A stretch of DNA of 64,000 nucleotides, taken from NCBI GenBank assembly GCA_030625885.1, contig DAOUPZ010000010.1, forward strand, positions 29,812-93,811. Direction: 5' to 3'. This document shows positions 9,302 through 19,100 of the stretch, in pieces (position 1 is the stretch's first letter; each line of letters starts with the position of its first letter). The position numbers and the translations under genes were made by a program. Origin of the DNA: Clostridia bacterium. Lineage in GTDB: Bacteria; Bacillota; DAOUPZ01. Below the pieces are notes generated by a model. It saw only the letters and a list, made by a program, of their open reading frames with translations, made no database searches and had not been told where the DNA came from.

Positions 9302-10033
9302 AATATGGTAGTAATTATGATGTGTTTGATAATTATACTATTTGCCAGTGGTATTCAAGGGCTTACCAGTTTTGGATTTGCTATGATCGCAATACCCTTA
9401 TTAACGCTGTTTTTGCCTTTGAAAATTGTAACACCACTGCTTATTATCTATAGTTTGCTGGTTAATGTCATCATTATTTATAAGATAAAAGAATATATAC
9501 AAATTCAGAAAATGGTATATTTGATTATATCCGGGATAATAGGTACGCCTTTGGGGATTTATCTGTTATTAGTAATAGAGGAAGATATATTAAAAGCCGG
9601 TGTGGGAATTGTTATCTTGTTAGCTGCGGGGGCATTATATTATGGGTGTAAGGCAAATATTAAAAATCAAAAACTAGCGAACATCATAACAGGATTATTA
9701 AGTGGCATATTAAATGGTAGTTTAGCAATGAGTGGCCCGCCGGTCATTTTATTTTTGAAAAATGAAGATGTTGAAAAGCAAATTTTTCGAGCAAATCTTG
9801 CGTTCTACTTTGCTATTATTGACCTATTAACCATACCCATATTGATTTATGGAGGATTGATCACACAGGAGGTCTTAAGATATACGTTGTTTTTATTACC
9901 GGGACTTATTATAGGCGCATGGCTTGGAATGTATTTTAGTAATAAGGTGAACAATGAGATATTTAAAAGATTTACTTTATACCTAATAGCTGTTATGGGT
10001 GTTTTATCAATTGTGTCTTCAGTTATTAAATGA
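9266..10033 (+). CDS. TSUP (TauE/SafE) family transporter; native start probably 9305
   Basis: QGLTSFGFAMIAIP and SGILNGSLAMSGPP repeats, about 8 TM segments. Confidence 0.85.
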   Translation: MPRKARRKRGTGNMVVIMMCLIIILFASGIQGLTSFGFAMIAIPLLTLFLPLKIVTPLLIIYSLLVNVIIIYKIKEYIQIQKMVYLIISGIIGTPLGIYLLLVIEEDILKAGVGIVILLAAGALYYGCKANIKNQKLANIITGLLSGILNGSLAMSGPPVILFLKNEDVEKQIFRANLAFYFAIIDLLTIPILIYGGLITQEVLRYTLFLLPGLIIGAWLGMYFSNKVNNEIFKRFTLYLIAVMGVLSIVSSVIK

Positions 10034-10098
10034 TTTTTATTCCCTCCCAAAATGCTTCTGCAAATTTCGGCATATTTTCCTAAAAGAATCTACAATAG

Positions 10099-10236
10099 AA
10101 AACATCACTATTGAGCTATAATGATGATGAAGTATTGCCAAGTCTTAATTGGGATTTTCCCGACACATGGATTTTTAACGGAGAAGATGCAATAAGACCG
10201 ACTCTTAAAAATGTAGGGGATGATAACGGGCAATAA
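10099..10236 (+). pseudogene. Possible gene remnant (surface-protein-like C-terminus)
   Basis: Frame without a start reads KTSLLSYNDDEVLPSLNWDFPDTWIFNGEDAIRPTLKNVGDDNGQ*. WDF..TW......PTL resembles GLUG-repeat surface proteins. Confidence 0.3.
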
Positions 10237-10293
10237 TTAATCCTAAACTCATTTCCTTGTGTCAAGATGAGGGGTTAAAGTTAAAAATTACTA

Positions 10294-10322
10294 TTGACAA
10301 ATGCATGATGAACAGGTATCAT
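10294..10322 (+). promoter_or_regulatory. Sigma-A promoter upstream of the SAM riboswitch
   Basis: TTGACA-17 nt-TATCAT. Confidence 0.7.
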
Positions 10323-10363
10323 ATTTAGAAATAACAATTAAATATTAATCATGATCAATTGAT

Positions 10364-10481
10364 CTCTTATCGAGAGATGGCGGAGGGACTGGCCCAATGA
10401 AGCCCGGCAACCGATCTTTGCACATTTGTAGAGACACGGTGCCAATTCCAGCAGAATACATTTATTCTGACAGATAAGGGG
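10364..10481 (+). ncRNA. SAM-I (S-box) riboswitch
   Basis: CTCTTATCGAGAG..GGCGGAGGGACTGGCCC.ATGAAGCCCGGCAACC...GGTGCCAATTCC.GCAG...CTGACAGATAAG. Confidence 0.95.
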
Positions 10482-10503
10482 AGGCGTGTTTTTTGTGTAC
10501 TTT

Positions 10504-10532
10504 AAAACCTCTTCTTATTGGAGAGGTTTTTT
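10504..10532 (+). terminator. SAM riboswitch expression-platform terminator
   Basis: AAAACCTCTTC-ttatt-GGAGAGGTTTT followed by T-run. Confidence 0.8.
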
Positions 10533-10627
10533 GTTTTGTGTAAGAAGTGATAAATTTGATTGAGAAAAAGAAAACGACTTAATGAGAATGACGTATGTTG
10601 TAATTGTGAAATTATTTTGAGAAGGGA

Positions 10628-12004
10628 ATGAGTGATATGAGGCGTTTAAGACAGTGTGGTAAAGAACATCCGTATATTTCTGTAGGAATATTTAAGCTTA
10701 GGATCCCATTTGTGCATTATGGATGGGAATGGCCTGAAGCTTTGCAAGGTATGATATTAGTTGCCGTGGCATTAGGTGCAATACCTATATTACAGGAAAC
10801 GTTAGGCGTTTCTTTTGATTTGGCGCTAACCATAGTTGCTTTGAATGGGATTTTATATGTTCTACATCCTACCTTTGGCGATCCGGTATTTCCGGGTTGG
10901 ATTACGCCTGCTATTCCTCTTGTATTAGGTTATACGGCTGGATTTTCCCAAGGCATTGATCGAATTCATGCTATTATTGCTTTGCAGTTATCTATGGCCA
11001 TCGTTTTTACTTTTATGGGGGTAACAGGTTTAGCTAAAAAAATGGTATCTATTGTACCGGTTTCCATGAGGGCGGGTATTATACTGGGAGCCGGTATTGC
11101 GGCCGTAGTAAGCGTTATTAAACCAGATGGCCGTATGGCCGGTCAAGAAACAACGATCTTAATCGGGAGTGTGATCTGTTATATTATTTTGTTTTCCTAT
11201 CGTTTCAGTTGTGTGAAAGAAAAAGTGGGGTTTTTGAAATATTTATCTAAATACGGTATGCTCCCTGGCATGATTATCGCCGCAATTATTGGCCCAATAG
11301 TGGGGGAGATTACATTTCCGCAAATAGAGATGGGGATGATCAGTTTTAGATTGGGTGAAGTGATTAAAGGGTATTCCGTTTTTGGTATTCCTGGTTTCCC
11401 GCCGCTTACGTATTTTCTCAAGGCGATTCCCCTGGCCATTACGGCTTATATTATAGCTTTTGGCGATTTTGTTGTCGCTGAGGTGGTAGCCAAGGATTCT
11501 AATAAGGTTCGTGGTGATGAACAGATTGATTTTAATGCCAATCGCTCCAATATTATTGCAGGTATAAGAAATTTAATCATGGGATTATTTGCACCATTTG
11601 CACCGTTATGCGGCCCGTTATGGGCCGGTGGTACCCTATCGATATATGAACGTTATAAAAGTGGTAGAAGGGATATGGATACCATATTTGGAGGAGCGGG
11701 TTCATATGTTATTACCATGGCGATTGCCGCATTTTTCTTACCCATTATTTCATTAGTAAAACCTGTGCTTCCTGCTGCTTTATCATTAACATTAATTGTT
11801 CAAGGGTTTGCATGTATCTATATCTCAATGGACATGATTAATACAAAGGAAGAACGTGGCACAGCAGGGATCATGGCTATTTTCTTAGCTTTTAGGGGTG
11901 CCTCATGGGGATTAGCAGCGGGTATTGTGCTTTGTTTGATTATTGGTTATAAGAAAGAGGTCATTGAATTGACTCCAAAATCTAAGGCGAAACGGTTAGC
12001 ATAA
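10628..12004 (+). CDS. Polytopic membrane permease (NCS2/xanthine-uracil-permease-like), SAM-regulated
   Basis: About 12 hydrophobic segments, PGWITPAIP and AYIIAFGDF motifs; lies downstream of SAM-I. Confidence 0.75.
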   Translation: MSDMRRLRQCGKEHPYISVGIFKLRIPFVHYGWEWPEALQGMILVAVALGAIPILQETLGVSFDLALTIVALNGILYVLHPTFGDPVFPGWITPAIPLVLGYTAGFSQGIDRIHAIIALQLSMAIVFTFMGVTGLAKKMVSIVPVSMRAGIILGAGIAAVVSVIKPDGRMAGQETTILIGSVICYIILFSYRFSCVKEKVGFLKYLSKYGMLPGMIIAAIIGPIVGEITFPQIEMGMISFRLGEVIKGYSVFGIPGFPPLTYFLKAIPLAITAYIIAFGDFVVAEVVAKDSNKVRGDEQIDFNANRSNIIAGIRNLIMGLFAPFAPLCGPLWAGGTLSIYERYKSGRRDMDTIFGGAGSYVITMAIAAFFLPIISLVKPVLPAALSLTLIVQGFACIYISMDMINTKEERGTAGIMAIFLAFRGASWGLAAGIVLCLIIGYKKEVIELTPKSKAKRLA

Positions 12005-12036
12005 AAAAGATGCCCCTTTTGAGGGCATCTTTTTTT
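12003..12036. terminator. Bidirectional terminator
   Basis: AAAAAAGATGCCC-loop-GGGCATCTTTTTT between convergent genes. Confidence 0.85.
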
Positions 12037-14101
12037 ATTCTGCAAAAAACTCTTTGACAAATTCGGGCATATCTTCTTCAAAAAATCCGCCATAGAAAGT
12101 ATCGCCGTTGTTAAGGTAAAAGCCAATGGTATAAGGGGTGTTACCCTTATACTTATAACGACGCAAGCAGACTTCCAGTTGTTCGGGATCTTTGATTTCT
12201 AACCGTTTGATATTAGAATCTTTTGGTGCTTCTGTTTCCTGATAAGCTATTTGTTTTTTTTCATATGTTATTTCATTGTTATCAAGATTTCTTTCCACAA
12301 TCGCATATTTAATATCTTGAGCTGGGATAATCCGAGCATTATCAAATTCATTAATTTCTTTCAGCCACTGTTCAAAGTTGATGAATGATTTATTCCAGTT
12401 AAGATGAATGCGTTCTTCATTATTCATTAATATATTGATATCTGCCCATGCTGGTTTATTATCTGTCATTGATTCATAGGTTTGGTCTTTTACATCGTTT
12501 TGCAGCGCGTTGATTGCTTGTTTAATCAGGGTTGGGTCAGTAATTTTCACGCTTTTATTGATTTCATGGGCGTTAACTTCAATCTTATCAACAGGTTCAG
12601 GGGTAATATTTAATATGTCATAATGCAATTTTTTGTATTCTAATGATTCGTATAGGGGCTTGAGGTACGCCATATATTTATTGGTATCTATTTCATAATG
12701 GCGATAAAGCATCCGACCATTTTTTAATTTATAGGCTAGGCAAATATTTCGATTATGTGAGTTATAGTTTGATTGAATCTGATTTTTTTCCTCCTCTATA
12801 TTATTAATAATTTGCTTATGCAGTCGATAAATATTGACGATATTATAGGGATCTGAATAAATCATTTTAATATTATTTCTAGTGTATAATTTGGTTTGCA
12901 ATTCATGTGTATCAGAAGCGTAAGGGATATCCGGATTGGTTAAATTATAAAAAGAATGATTAAAATAGACGCTTTCTACATTCTTTAATTCGGGTATCGT
13001 TTTTTCATAACCGGTTAAGTCAAAGTTTATACCGGTTATGAGTACCGTCGTAATGACAGCATAGATCACATACCCTTTAAGATTTCTTACTTTAAAAATA
13101 GACAGTGATTTGTTAATGATAATTTCGATAATTACGTAACCCAATAGTGATCCGAGAAAGTAGCCAAAGATCGTCCAGCCCAGACCATCTTGTACTTCAT
13201 TAAAATAACTGCCAACTAGCAGCATACTACAAAAAGTGACACCGTATTTGAAAATCGGGCGCAGTGTACTGAAAGAAATTGAACAGGTAGCGGTTTCCAG
13301 CTGGCGTCGGTTGTACAAGATTCTGGCAATAAAATACAGGGTAATACTTATGCCGACGTAAGTTAATATGTCAATTGTCGTAAAGGGATTATGATATAAT
13401 TCGGGAATCCGCATGAGCGGGGAAATAATAATATTTTCCAGATAATAATCATACGCAAACCCATAAACGAACACTCTGATATTATGTAACAGTAAAAAAG
13501 ACAAACCGGTGGGTAAAAATAGTAATATATACGTTAAAACGCCCTGCACAGAAGTCATTCCGGTCATCATACCCACGGTTACAGTGCTGATAAAAAGAAT
13601 TAGGTTGAAGATCAGGTTGATACCGATCCAGGTAATGATATCTTGATTAGTAAAATAATGGATACCCAGCGCTGTTTTTATGATCCATGAGGTCAATCCA
13701 GTCACAATGATGGGAAGGTATAATAAGATGATGCCCGCTATTAAATGAGTATTATACAGCGTTTCCCGTTTGATAGGCAGGGTATGAATCATATTGGCGG
13801 ATCGATTGACCTGTAAATAACGGAAGAGCAGAATAGCGACTATTACCGGGATTGTGAGAATGAGAATAATCTGCATTCCGGAATCAAACTGAAAAATATC
13901 CCTAAATTGGTTTTGAAGCAGGTCGTATTGCGGCACGTATTCACCACCGAATTTTTTTTGTTCGCTGTAAAGCATCAGTATTTGCAGCGGGGTACTGAAA
14001 AGCAATCCTAAAAGATAGACGACGCCAATCCAGCTGAAGCCTTTAAAATCATTGAGCAGTATCCCAGGATTAATAAATGATATTTTTGATTTCATAGCCA
14101 T
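12035..14101 (-). CDS. ABC transporter permease with C-terminal soluble domain
   Basis: FRYL...HTLPIKRETL motif, many TMs, in operon with the ABC ATPase. Confidence 0.8.
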   Translation of the reverse strand: MAMKSKISFINPGILLNDFKGFSWIGVVYLLGLLFSTPLQILMLYSEQKKFGGEYVPQYDLLQNQFRDIFQFDSGMQIILILTIPVIVAILLFRYLQVNRSANMIHTLPIKRETLYNTHLIAGIILLYLPIIVTGLTSWIIKTALGIHYFTNQDIITWIGINLIFNLILFISTVTVGMMTGMTSVQGVLTYILLFLPTGLSFLLLHNIRVFVYGFAYDYYLENIIISPLMRIPELYHNPFTTIDILTYVGISITLYFIARILYNRRQLETATCSISFSTLRPIFKYGVTFCSMLLVGSYFNEVQDGLGWTIFGYFLGSLLGYVIIEIIINKSLSIFKVRNLKGYVIYAVITTVLITGINFDLTGYEKTIPELKNVESVYFNHSFYNLTNPDIPYASDTHELQTKLYTRNNIKMIYSDPYNIVNIYRLHKQIINNIEEEKNQIQSNYNSHNRNICLAYKLKNGRMLYRHYEIDTNKYMAYLKPLYESLEYKKLHYDILNITPEPVDKIEVNAHEINKSVKITDPTLIKQAINALQNDVKDQTYESMTDNKPAWADINILMNNEERIHLNWNKSFINFEQWLKEINEFDNARIIPAQDIKYAIVERNLDNNEITYEKKQIAYQETEAPKDSNIKRLEIKDPEQLEVCLRRYKYKGNTPYTIGFYLNNGDTFYGGFFEEDMPEFVKEFFAE

Positions 14102-14969
14102 GATCCCCCATTTCGTAAATAAATATTTCTTCTAGTGTCAGAGGCAGGACATCGAGAATAGCGGGTTGATATTGTTTAAACTGTTCAAGTATCTCTTCAC
14201 GATCACCCCGAACGATTAATATGAACACACTGCCTCTTTTTTCCTGGTAAAGGGGTTTCATATCAGTTATCAGAGACGGTGGGATTTCTTTTGAAAAGGC
14301 AATCTGAATTTTATGGACATCGGCTTTTAAGTCATCCAGTTCTTTTTCGATAATCAATGTACCTTGATGCATAATACCAATGTAATCACAAATGTCTTCC
14401 AATTCTCGTAAATGATGGGAAGAAATGATGACGGTCATTTGGCGGTTGGCAACATCCTGAATAATAAGATTCTTAACTTCCTGACGCATAACGGGATCTA
14501 AGCCGTCCAAAGGCTCATCTAAAATCATGACCTCCGGCATAATTGCAAAACTCAGCCAGAAAGCGACCTGGCGCTGCATGCCCTTAGATAGGGTTTTAAT
14601 ACGCTGATTGATATCCATATTAAAGACAGCCTGAAGCTTCAGAAATCGTTCGTTATTCCAGGTGGGATATACCCTTTGATAAAAACGTGCCATGTCTTTA
14701 ATGGTATAGTTCATAAAAAAGTAAAGCAAATCTGGAATAAAGACGATTTTTGATTTCACAGCATTGTTCTCGAAGACAGGGGCAGAATCAATCTGTATTT
14801 TGCCTGTTTTCTGGCGGTAGATGCCGGCTAAAAGTTTGAGCAGTGTTGTTTTACCAGCACCGTTAGAGCCCACTAAACCATAAATTGATCCTTTGTGAAC
14901 GGTTAAATTAATATCTTTTAGTGCTTCAAAATCGTCAAAATATTTACTGGTATTTTTAACTTCAATCAT
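14070..14969 (-). CDS. ABC transporter ATP-binding protein (YtrB-like)
   Basis: GSNGAGKTT, LSKGM, ILDEP and SSH. Confidence 0.92.
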   Translation of the reverse strand: MIEVKNTSKYFDDFEALKDINLTVHKGSIYGLVGSNGAGKTTLLKLLAGIYRQKTGKIQIDSAPVFENNAVKSKIVFIPDLLYFFMNYTIKDMARFYQRVYPTWNNERFLKLQAVFNMDINQRIKTLSKGMQRQVAFWLSFAIMPEVMILDEPLDGLDPVMRQEVKNLIIQDVANRQMTVIISSHHLRELEDICDYIGIMHQGTLIIEKELDDLKADVHKIQIAFSKEIPPSLITDMKPLYQEKRGSVFILIVRGDREEILEQFKQYQPAILDVLPLTLEEIFIYEMGDHGYEIKNIIY

Positions 14970-15354
14970 TTTCCCGGCCTCCTTTGTCAGTTAATGGTAT
15001 GTTCTTAATGAGATGAATGATTTCTTCTTGATTCATTCCCAAATAAAGCATTTCTGAAATGATTTTTAATAATTCTGTCCTTAAGTCGTCAAGTTTCTCG
15101 GTATTTATACTTTGAGTTGAGGGCATCACAAAATTCCCCTTTCCCGGAATGGAATAAATGTACTTTTGATGTTCCAGTTCTCGATAAGCTTTTTGAATGG
15201 TATTGGGGTTAACGGTTAATTCTTGAGCCAGCATACGAACAGATGGTAACTTTTCATCAGGCTTTAAAATATTTTTAATGATTAATTCTTTAAATTTAGT
15301 GACCAGTTGTTCATAAATGGGGAGACGACTCCGAAAATCAAGTTCAAACATCAA
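14962..15354 (-). CDS. GntR family regulator (YtrA subfamily)
   Basis: PIYEQL, KLPSVRMLA..LTVNPNTIQKAYRELE and PGKGNFV. Confidence 0.92.
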   Translation of the reverse strand: MMFELDFRSRLPIYEQLVTKFKELIIKNILKPDEKLPSVRMLAQELTVNPNTIQKAYRELEHQKYIYSIPGKGNFVMPSTQSINTEKLDDLRTELLKIISEMLYLGMNQEEIIHLIKNIPLTDKGGREND

Positions 15355-15372
15355 ACCCCTCCTTTCGTGTAT

Positions 15373-15397
15373 AGTGTACTATCACTAGTAATACAGT
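15373..15397. promoter_or_regulatory. YtrA-type operator
   Basis: AGTGTA-13 nt-TACAGT matches the B. subtilis YtrA site AGTGTA-N13-TACACT. It lies between a minus-strand TATAAT (15415-15410) and the RBS. Confidence 0.7.
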
Positions 15398-15487
15398 TAA
15401 TACAGATGTATTATAACAAGTAAATACCCCCTTTGTAAATATTTAATTATAATTTTGTTTTGTCATTACGTTAAATGTACCTACTTA

Positions 15488-15528
15488 AAAACGCCATATG
15501 TGGTATAATTAACCATAAATGGCGTTTT
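15488..15528 (+). promoter_or_regulatory. Inverted repeat with extended -10 in the loop
   Basis: AAAACGCCATATGTGG-tataattaa-CCATAAATGGCGTTTT; same geometry as 6231-6277. Confidence 0.5.
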
Positions 15529-15576
15529 GCGTAAAATATTAAGGCGCGTTATTATTTAGCAAAGGGAGGATAAAAT

Positions 15577-16467
15577 GTGAAAAAAATGTGGGTTGTTTTA
15601 TTTATCATAATGCTTCTATGCAGCGGTTGTTCCGGTATATCAATAACTACTTGTAGTGGAGAACCGCAAAATGATGGCAGTGATAATAAACAGGAAGAAA
15701 TAACATCTGAGCCTGAATCTAGCGATCATAATACGGTTCCCGGCAGTGTATGTCCCATAATTTCTGGTGCAGGTTGTGTAGTAGGGGGCGTAAAAGATGG
15801 GGAATGGCTTGAAGTGGGTGATGAGCTTCAGGAATTAATAAAAGGCGAGAAAAAATATAACATTTATTCATTAACAGGAAAGGTTGGGGAAGTGACGGGA
15901 AGTCCGGCTGTTTGGGTACAGGAGGCTGTGGAATGGTTGCGAGTAGAGTTTGCGCCGGAGTATAACCTGACAGCAGAAAATGTTGCTATGGCTGCAAGTA
16001 GGACGGCTATGCCGCGCGTACCCGTCATGCAAAAAGATAATATTGAGGGATATGAACAGGAGGTAAAGCGAATTTTAGAGAAAAATGGAATTACGGATAC
16101 TGTAATAAAGGTCAATCGGGTTATTCGTATTGATTTGGAAGGTGATGGTACGGAAGAAGTGATTGTAAATGCGTCTTCCTTAGAGGGTGAAACGCCTATT
16201 AAGGCCCAAAAAGGGGCATATTCCATGATTTTTTTGCGCAAATTAATTGATGGAAAAGTAAAGACGATGATGCTCAGGGAAGAATACTATACTGATTATT
16301 TAGAAGCACCAGTTATTAATAAAGTGGCTTCTGTTTTGGATGCAAATGGTGATGGGGTTATGGAAATCATGATCTGGGAAGCTTATTATGAGGGTGAGGC
16401 CATGTATGTTTATGAGATAAAAGACGATATGGCAAAAATTGTTTTAGGGTTTGCCATAGGGACTTAG
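15577..16467 (+). CDS. Putative lipoprotein
   Basis: Signal peptide with lipobox LLCSGC; DLEGDGTEE and DANGDGVME Ca-binding-like loops. Confidence 0.7.
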   Translation: MKKMWVVLFIIMLLCSGCSGISITTCSGEPQNDGSDNKQEEITSEPESSDHNTVPGSVCPIISGAGCVVGGVKDGEWLEVGDELQELIKGEKKYNIYSLTGKVGEVTGSPAVWVQEAVEWLRVEFAPEYNLTAENVAMAASRTAMPRVPVMQKDNIEGYEQEVKRILEKNGITDTVIKVNRVIRIDLEGDGTEEVIVNASSLEGETPIKAQKGAYSMIFLRKLIDGKVKTMMLREEYYTDYLEAPVINKVASVLDANGDGVMEIMIWEAYYEGEAMYVYEIKDDMAKIVLGFAIGT

Positions 16468-16494
16468 GATTGTCATGAAGGGCTTTAATGGTTA

Positions 16495-16523
16495 CCCCGC
16501 TAAGTAGATTCTACTTAGCGGGG
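16495..16523. terminator. Hairpin between convergent genes
   Basis: CCCCGCTAAGTAG-att-CTACTTAGCGGGG. Confidence 0.7.
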
Positions 16524-16529
16524 CGATTG

Positions 16530-17672
16530 TTATTTTCCCATAAATCGTATTTCTCGCGGGCCTTTTATTAGTAAGTGATAATCTGGTATTTGAGGTAATG
16601 ATGAAAGTGGCATATATAAGGTGTTTTCTTTTATGATGCCGTCTTTTTTAGCTGAAATAATTGTTTGTTGTTCTGACCATTTGATCTGGGCAGAAAACAT
16701 TTCGGAATTCCAGGTTACAGTGCCGCCTAATTTGGTAAATAAATCGCGAACCGGTAAATAATAAGTGTTGTTTACCCGAAAAGGGCTGTGCTTAAACTCA
16801 ATTAAATCATCATTTAGATAGATTTGAGGCGCAATTTTGGCAACCGGTGTTTGTTCTAAGGCCATTGCTTTAACAACTTTTAAAACAAATTCCTGACAAT
16901 AGCCGCCTGCTTTTGGGTCCCATCCCTGGTTAAGGAGTTCACTGTTGGAAATGATACGAATACCTAAAAACGGAATACCATATGCTTCTGCTACCTGGGC
17001 CACAGAGGCAGTTTCCATTTCTTCAGCGGAAGTATTAAAGGTTTCATGAATCCAGTTAATGTGATCTATTTCTCGATTCCACTTGTTATCCGTTCCAATC
17101 GTTCCTAGAACAATGTTTCCGTGGGTATAAAGGTTTGCAATACTTTGAGCGGTTTTAATTAATTGCGGTGAACCCTCAAAACGATTAAAATCTTTTCTTT
17201 CTCCATTTATTAGTACCTGAGCAGCCATAGGCATCCAGCTTGTTGGTTCAATTCCCTCGCCTTTATCCTGATGGTTGCTTTTTAACATGCCTGTACTGAT
17301 TGATTTTCCCCCTAATATGATGTCAAATTGATTTAAATTGGGATCATGGCCGCCTGAAGTACCTTGATTGATAATATAAAGCGGGTTGAATTTTTCAATA
17401 CCTAAAACGGTAGCTGCAGCAGCATTGGTCATCCCTATTTCTGTTCTGGATACAACGACAGGCTGGCTCTCTATCGTTCCTTGCCAGAAAGTCCATCCGG
17501 CATAGGTTACTTCTTGGGGATTTTCCAGGGCATTAACCAGAGTTTGGATTTCCAAGTCCATGGCTCCCTGAATTAAAATGGGTTGAGTGCTTGACTGAGA
17601 AGCTAGAGCGCTGGAAAGGCAAGCTAAAAGCAATAGAAAGATCAAACCTGTAATAAATAATTTTCTTTTCAT
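16530..17672 (-). CDS. Secreted MTA/SAH nucleosidase-family protein with C-terminal copper-amine-oxidase-N (stalk)-like domain
   Basis: Signal peptide ending ALA; QGAMDLE, IGMTNAAA, INQGTSGG, EMETASVAQ and IRIISN motifs; C-terminal YLPVRDLFTKLGGTVTWN. Confidence 0.85.
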   Translation of the reverse strand: MKRKLFITGLIFLLLLACLSSALASQSSTQPILIQGAMDLEIQTLVNALENPQEVTYAGWTFWQGTIESQPVVVSRTEIGMTNAAAATVLGIEKFNPLYIINQGTSGGHDPNLNQFDIILGGKSISTGMLKSNHQDKGEGIEPTSWMPMAAQVLINGERKDFNRFEGSPQLIKTAQSIANLYTHGNIVLGTIGTDNKWNREIDHINWIHETFNTSAEEMETASVAQVAEAYGIPFLGIRIISNSELLNQGWDPKAGGYCQEFVLKVVKAMALEQTPVAKIAPQIYLNDDLIEFKHSPFRVNNTYYLPVRDLFTKLGGTVTWNSEMFSAQIKWSEQQTIISAKKDGIIKENTLYMPLSSLPQIPDYHLLIKGPREIRFMGK

Positions 17673-17821
17673 GAAGCACCTCCATGTATATGTTGATAAA
17701 AATAAAATTCAATATAAATTAGGGTTTCCCTTTTTATTTGTTTAAAAGAATGTAAAATGTATAATACCTAATGAGAGATTGTGTATAATAAATAGTGATG
17801 ATTAAATGAAGGGGGATATAA

Positions 17822-18241
17822 ATGAAATTTAAACAATTTGGTAATCGGTACGTCGTACGAATTGATAAAGGAGAAGAAATTGTTCAATCGTTAAAATGTT
17901 TTTGTGAAGATCAGAAAATAAAATTGGGCTGGGTTTCGGCAATAGGAGCAGCTAATCGAGTGACCATTGGGTGTTTTGAGACCGGCACGAAAAAGTATCA
18001 TCAGAATGAATTAACTGGAGATTATGAAATCACCAGTTTAACGGGGAATATATCCCAGAAAGAGGGTGAAGTTTATTTACATCTGCATATTAATTTAGCA
18101 GATATGAATTCTCAAGCTTTTGGAGGACACTTAAATTCAGCCTGGATCAGTGGTACTTGTGAAATGATTGTTGATGTCATCGAAGGTGTGGTTGAAAGAG
18201 CGTTTAATGAAGAAGTAGGATTAAACCTTTATAAAATATGA
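17822..18241 (+). CDS. PPC/DUF296 domain protein
   Basis: RIDKGEEI, SAIGA, EITSLTGN, HLH and GGHL. Confidence 0.88.
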   Translation: MKFKQFGNRYVVRIDKGEEIVQSLKCFCEDQKIKLGWVSAIGAANRVTIGCFETGTKKYHQNELTGDYEITSLTGNISQKEGEVYLHLHINLADMNSQAFGGHLNSAWISGTCEMIVDVIEGVVERAFNEEVGLNLYKI

Positions 18242-18355
18242 TGTTGTTGTGGCTCTCATTTGCTAATTATTTTCGGATGAGAGTTTTCTTTATGTTAGAA
18301 TGATTTTCCAATAAAAATACGTTGATAAAATGCGTGCATTTAGTGTAAAATTAAA

Positions 18356-18370
18356 ATGTAATGATTATAA
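18356..18370. promoter_or_regulatory. Putative PerR box (7-1-7)
   Basis: ATGTAAT-G-ATTATAA just downstream of TTGATA-18-TAAAAT and upstream of the perR-like gene. Confidence 0.5.
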
Positions 18371-18447
18371 ATTGTCAATCATCACAACTAAATAATTGTT
18401 TTAATATGTGTTGCCCTTTCGAATAACAATAGAAAGAAGGGAGATCA

Positions 18448-18870
18448 ATGGAACTTAGCAACTTAAATATTGAAAAATATTTGAAACAAAATGGTATTAA
18501 ACCGTCCTATCAAAGAATAAAAATTTTTGAGTATTTGGTAAAGCATCGCAATCATCCCACGGTAGATATAATTTACCAGGAATTAGTCAAAAATATACCC
18601 ACGCTTTCTAAAACCACTGTTTATAATACTTTAAAGTTGTTTTTAGAGAAAAGAATCATACAGTTAATTGTTATTGAAGAAAATGAAACGAGGTATGATG
18701 CGGATATTACAACACATGCGCACTTTAAATGTGAAAAGTGTGGTCGTGTTTATGATATTCGAGTGGATCTGACGGAAATGAAAATTGAAGGATTAAAGAC
18801 GTTTCAAGTTAAAGAGAATCATATTTATTTTAAGGGTATTTGTGAAAAGTGTCTGAAAGAGAATAAGTAA
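18448..18870 (+). CDS. perR: Fur family regulator, PerR-like
   Basis: HPTVD, SKTTVYNTL, RYDA...HAHFKCEKC and GICEKC. Confidence 0.8.
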   Translation: MELSNLNIEKYLKQNGIKPSYQRIKIFEYLVKHRNHPTVDIIYQELVKNIPTLSKTTVYNTLKLFLEKRIIQLIVIEENETRYDADITTHAHFKCEKCGRVYDIRVDLTEMKIEGLKTFQVKENHIYFKGICEKCLKENK

Positions 18871-19100
18871 AACTCCCAAGAGGTATTTTGGGAGTTTTTT
18901 TTGTGTTTAAGGGAGTTTCAAAAGAAGTATTTATCAAACATTAAATAATATATATTTGCGCATAATATGAAAGATATAGTTGAAAACCATTATTAATTTT
19001 ATATTTTATCTTTAATTATGAAATGTGTTGAAAAAAGACGAAATATGCCGAAATATTAATCATTATTATCATAATTAAAACATTTTAGCCATAATAATAA

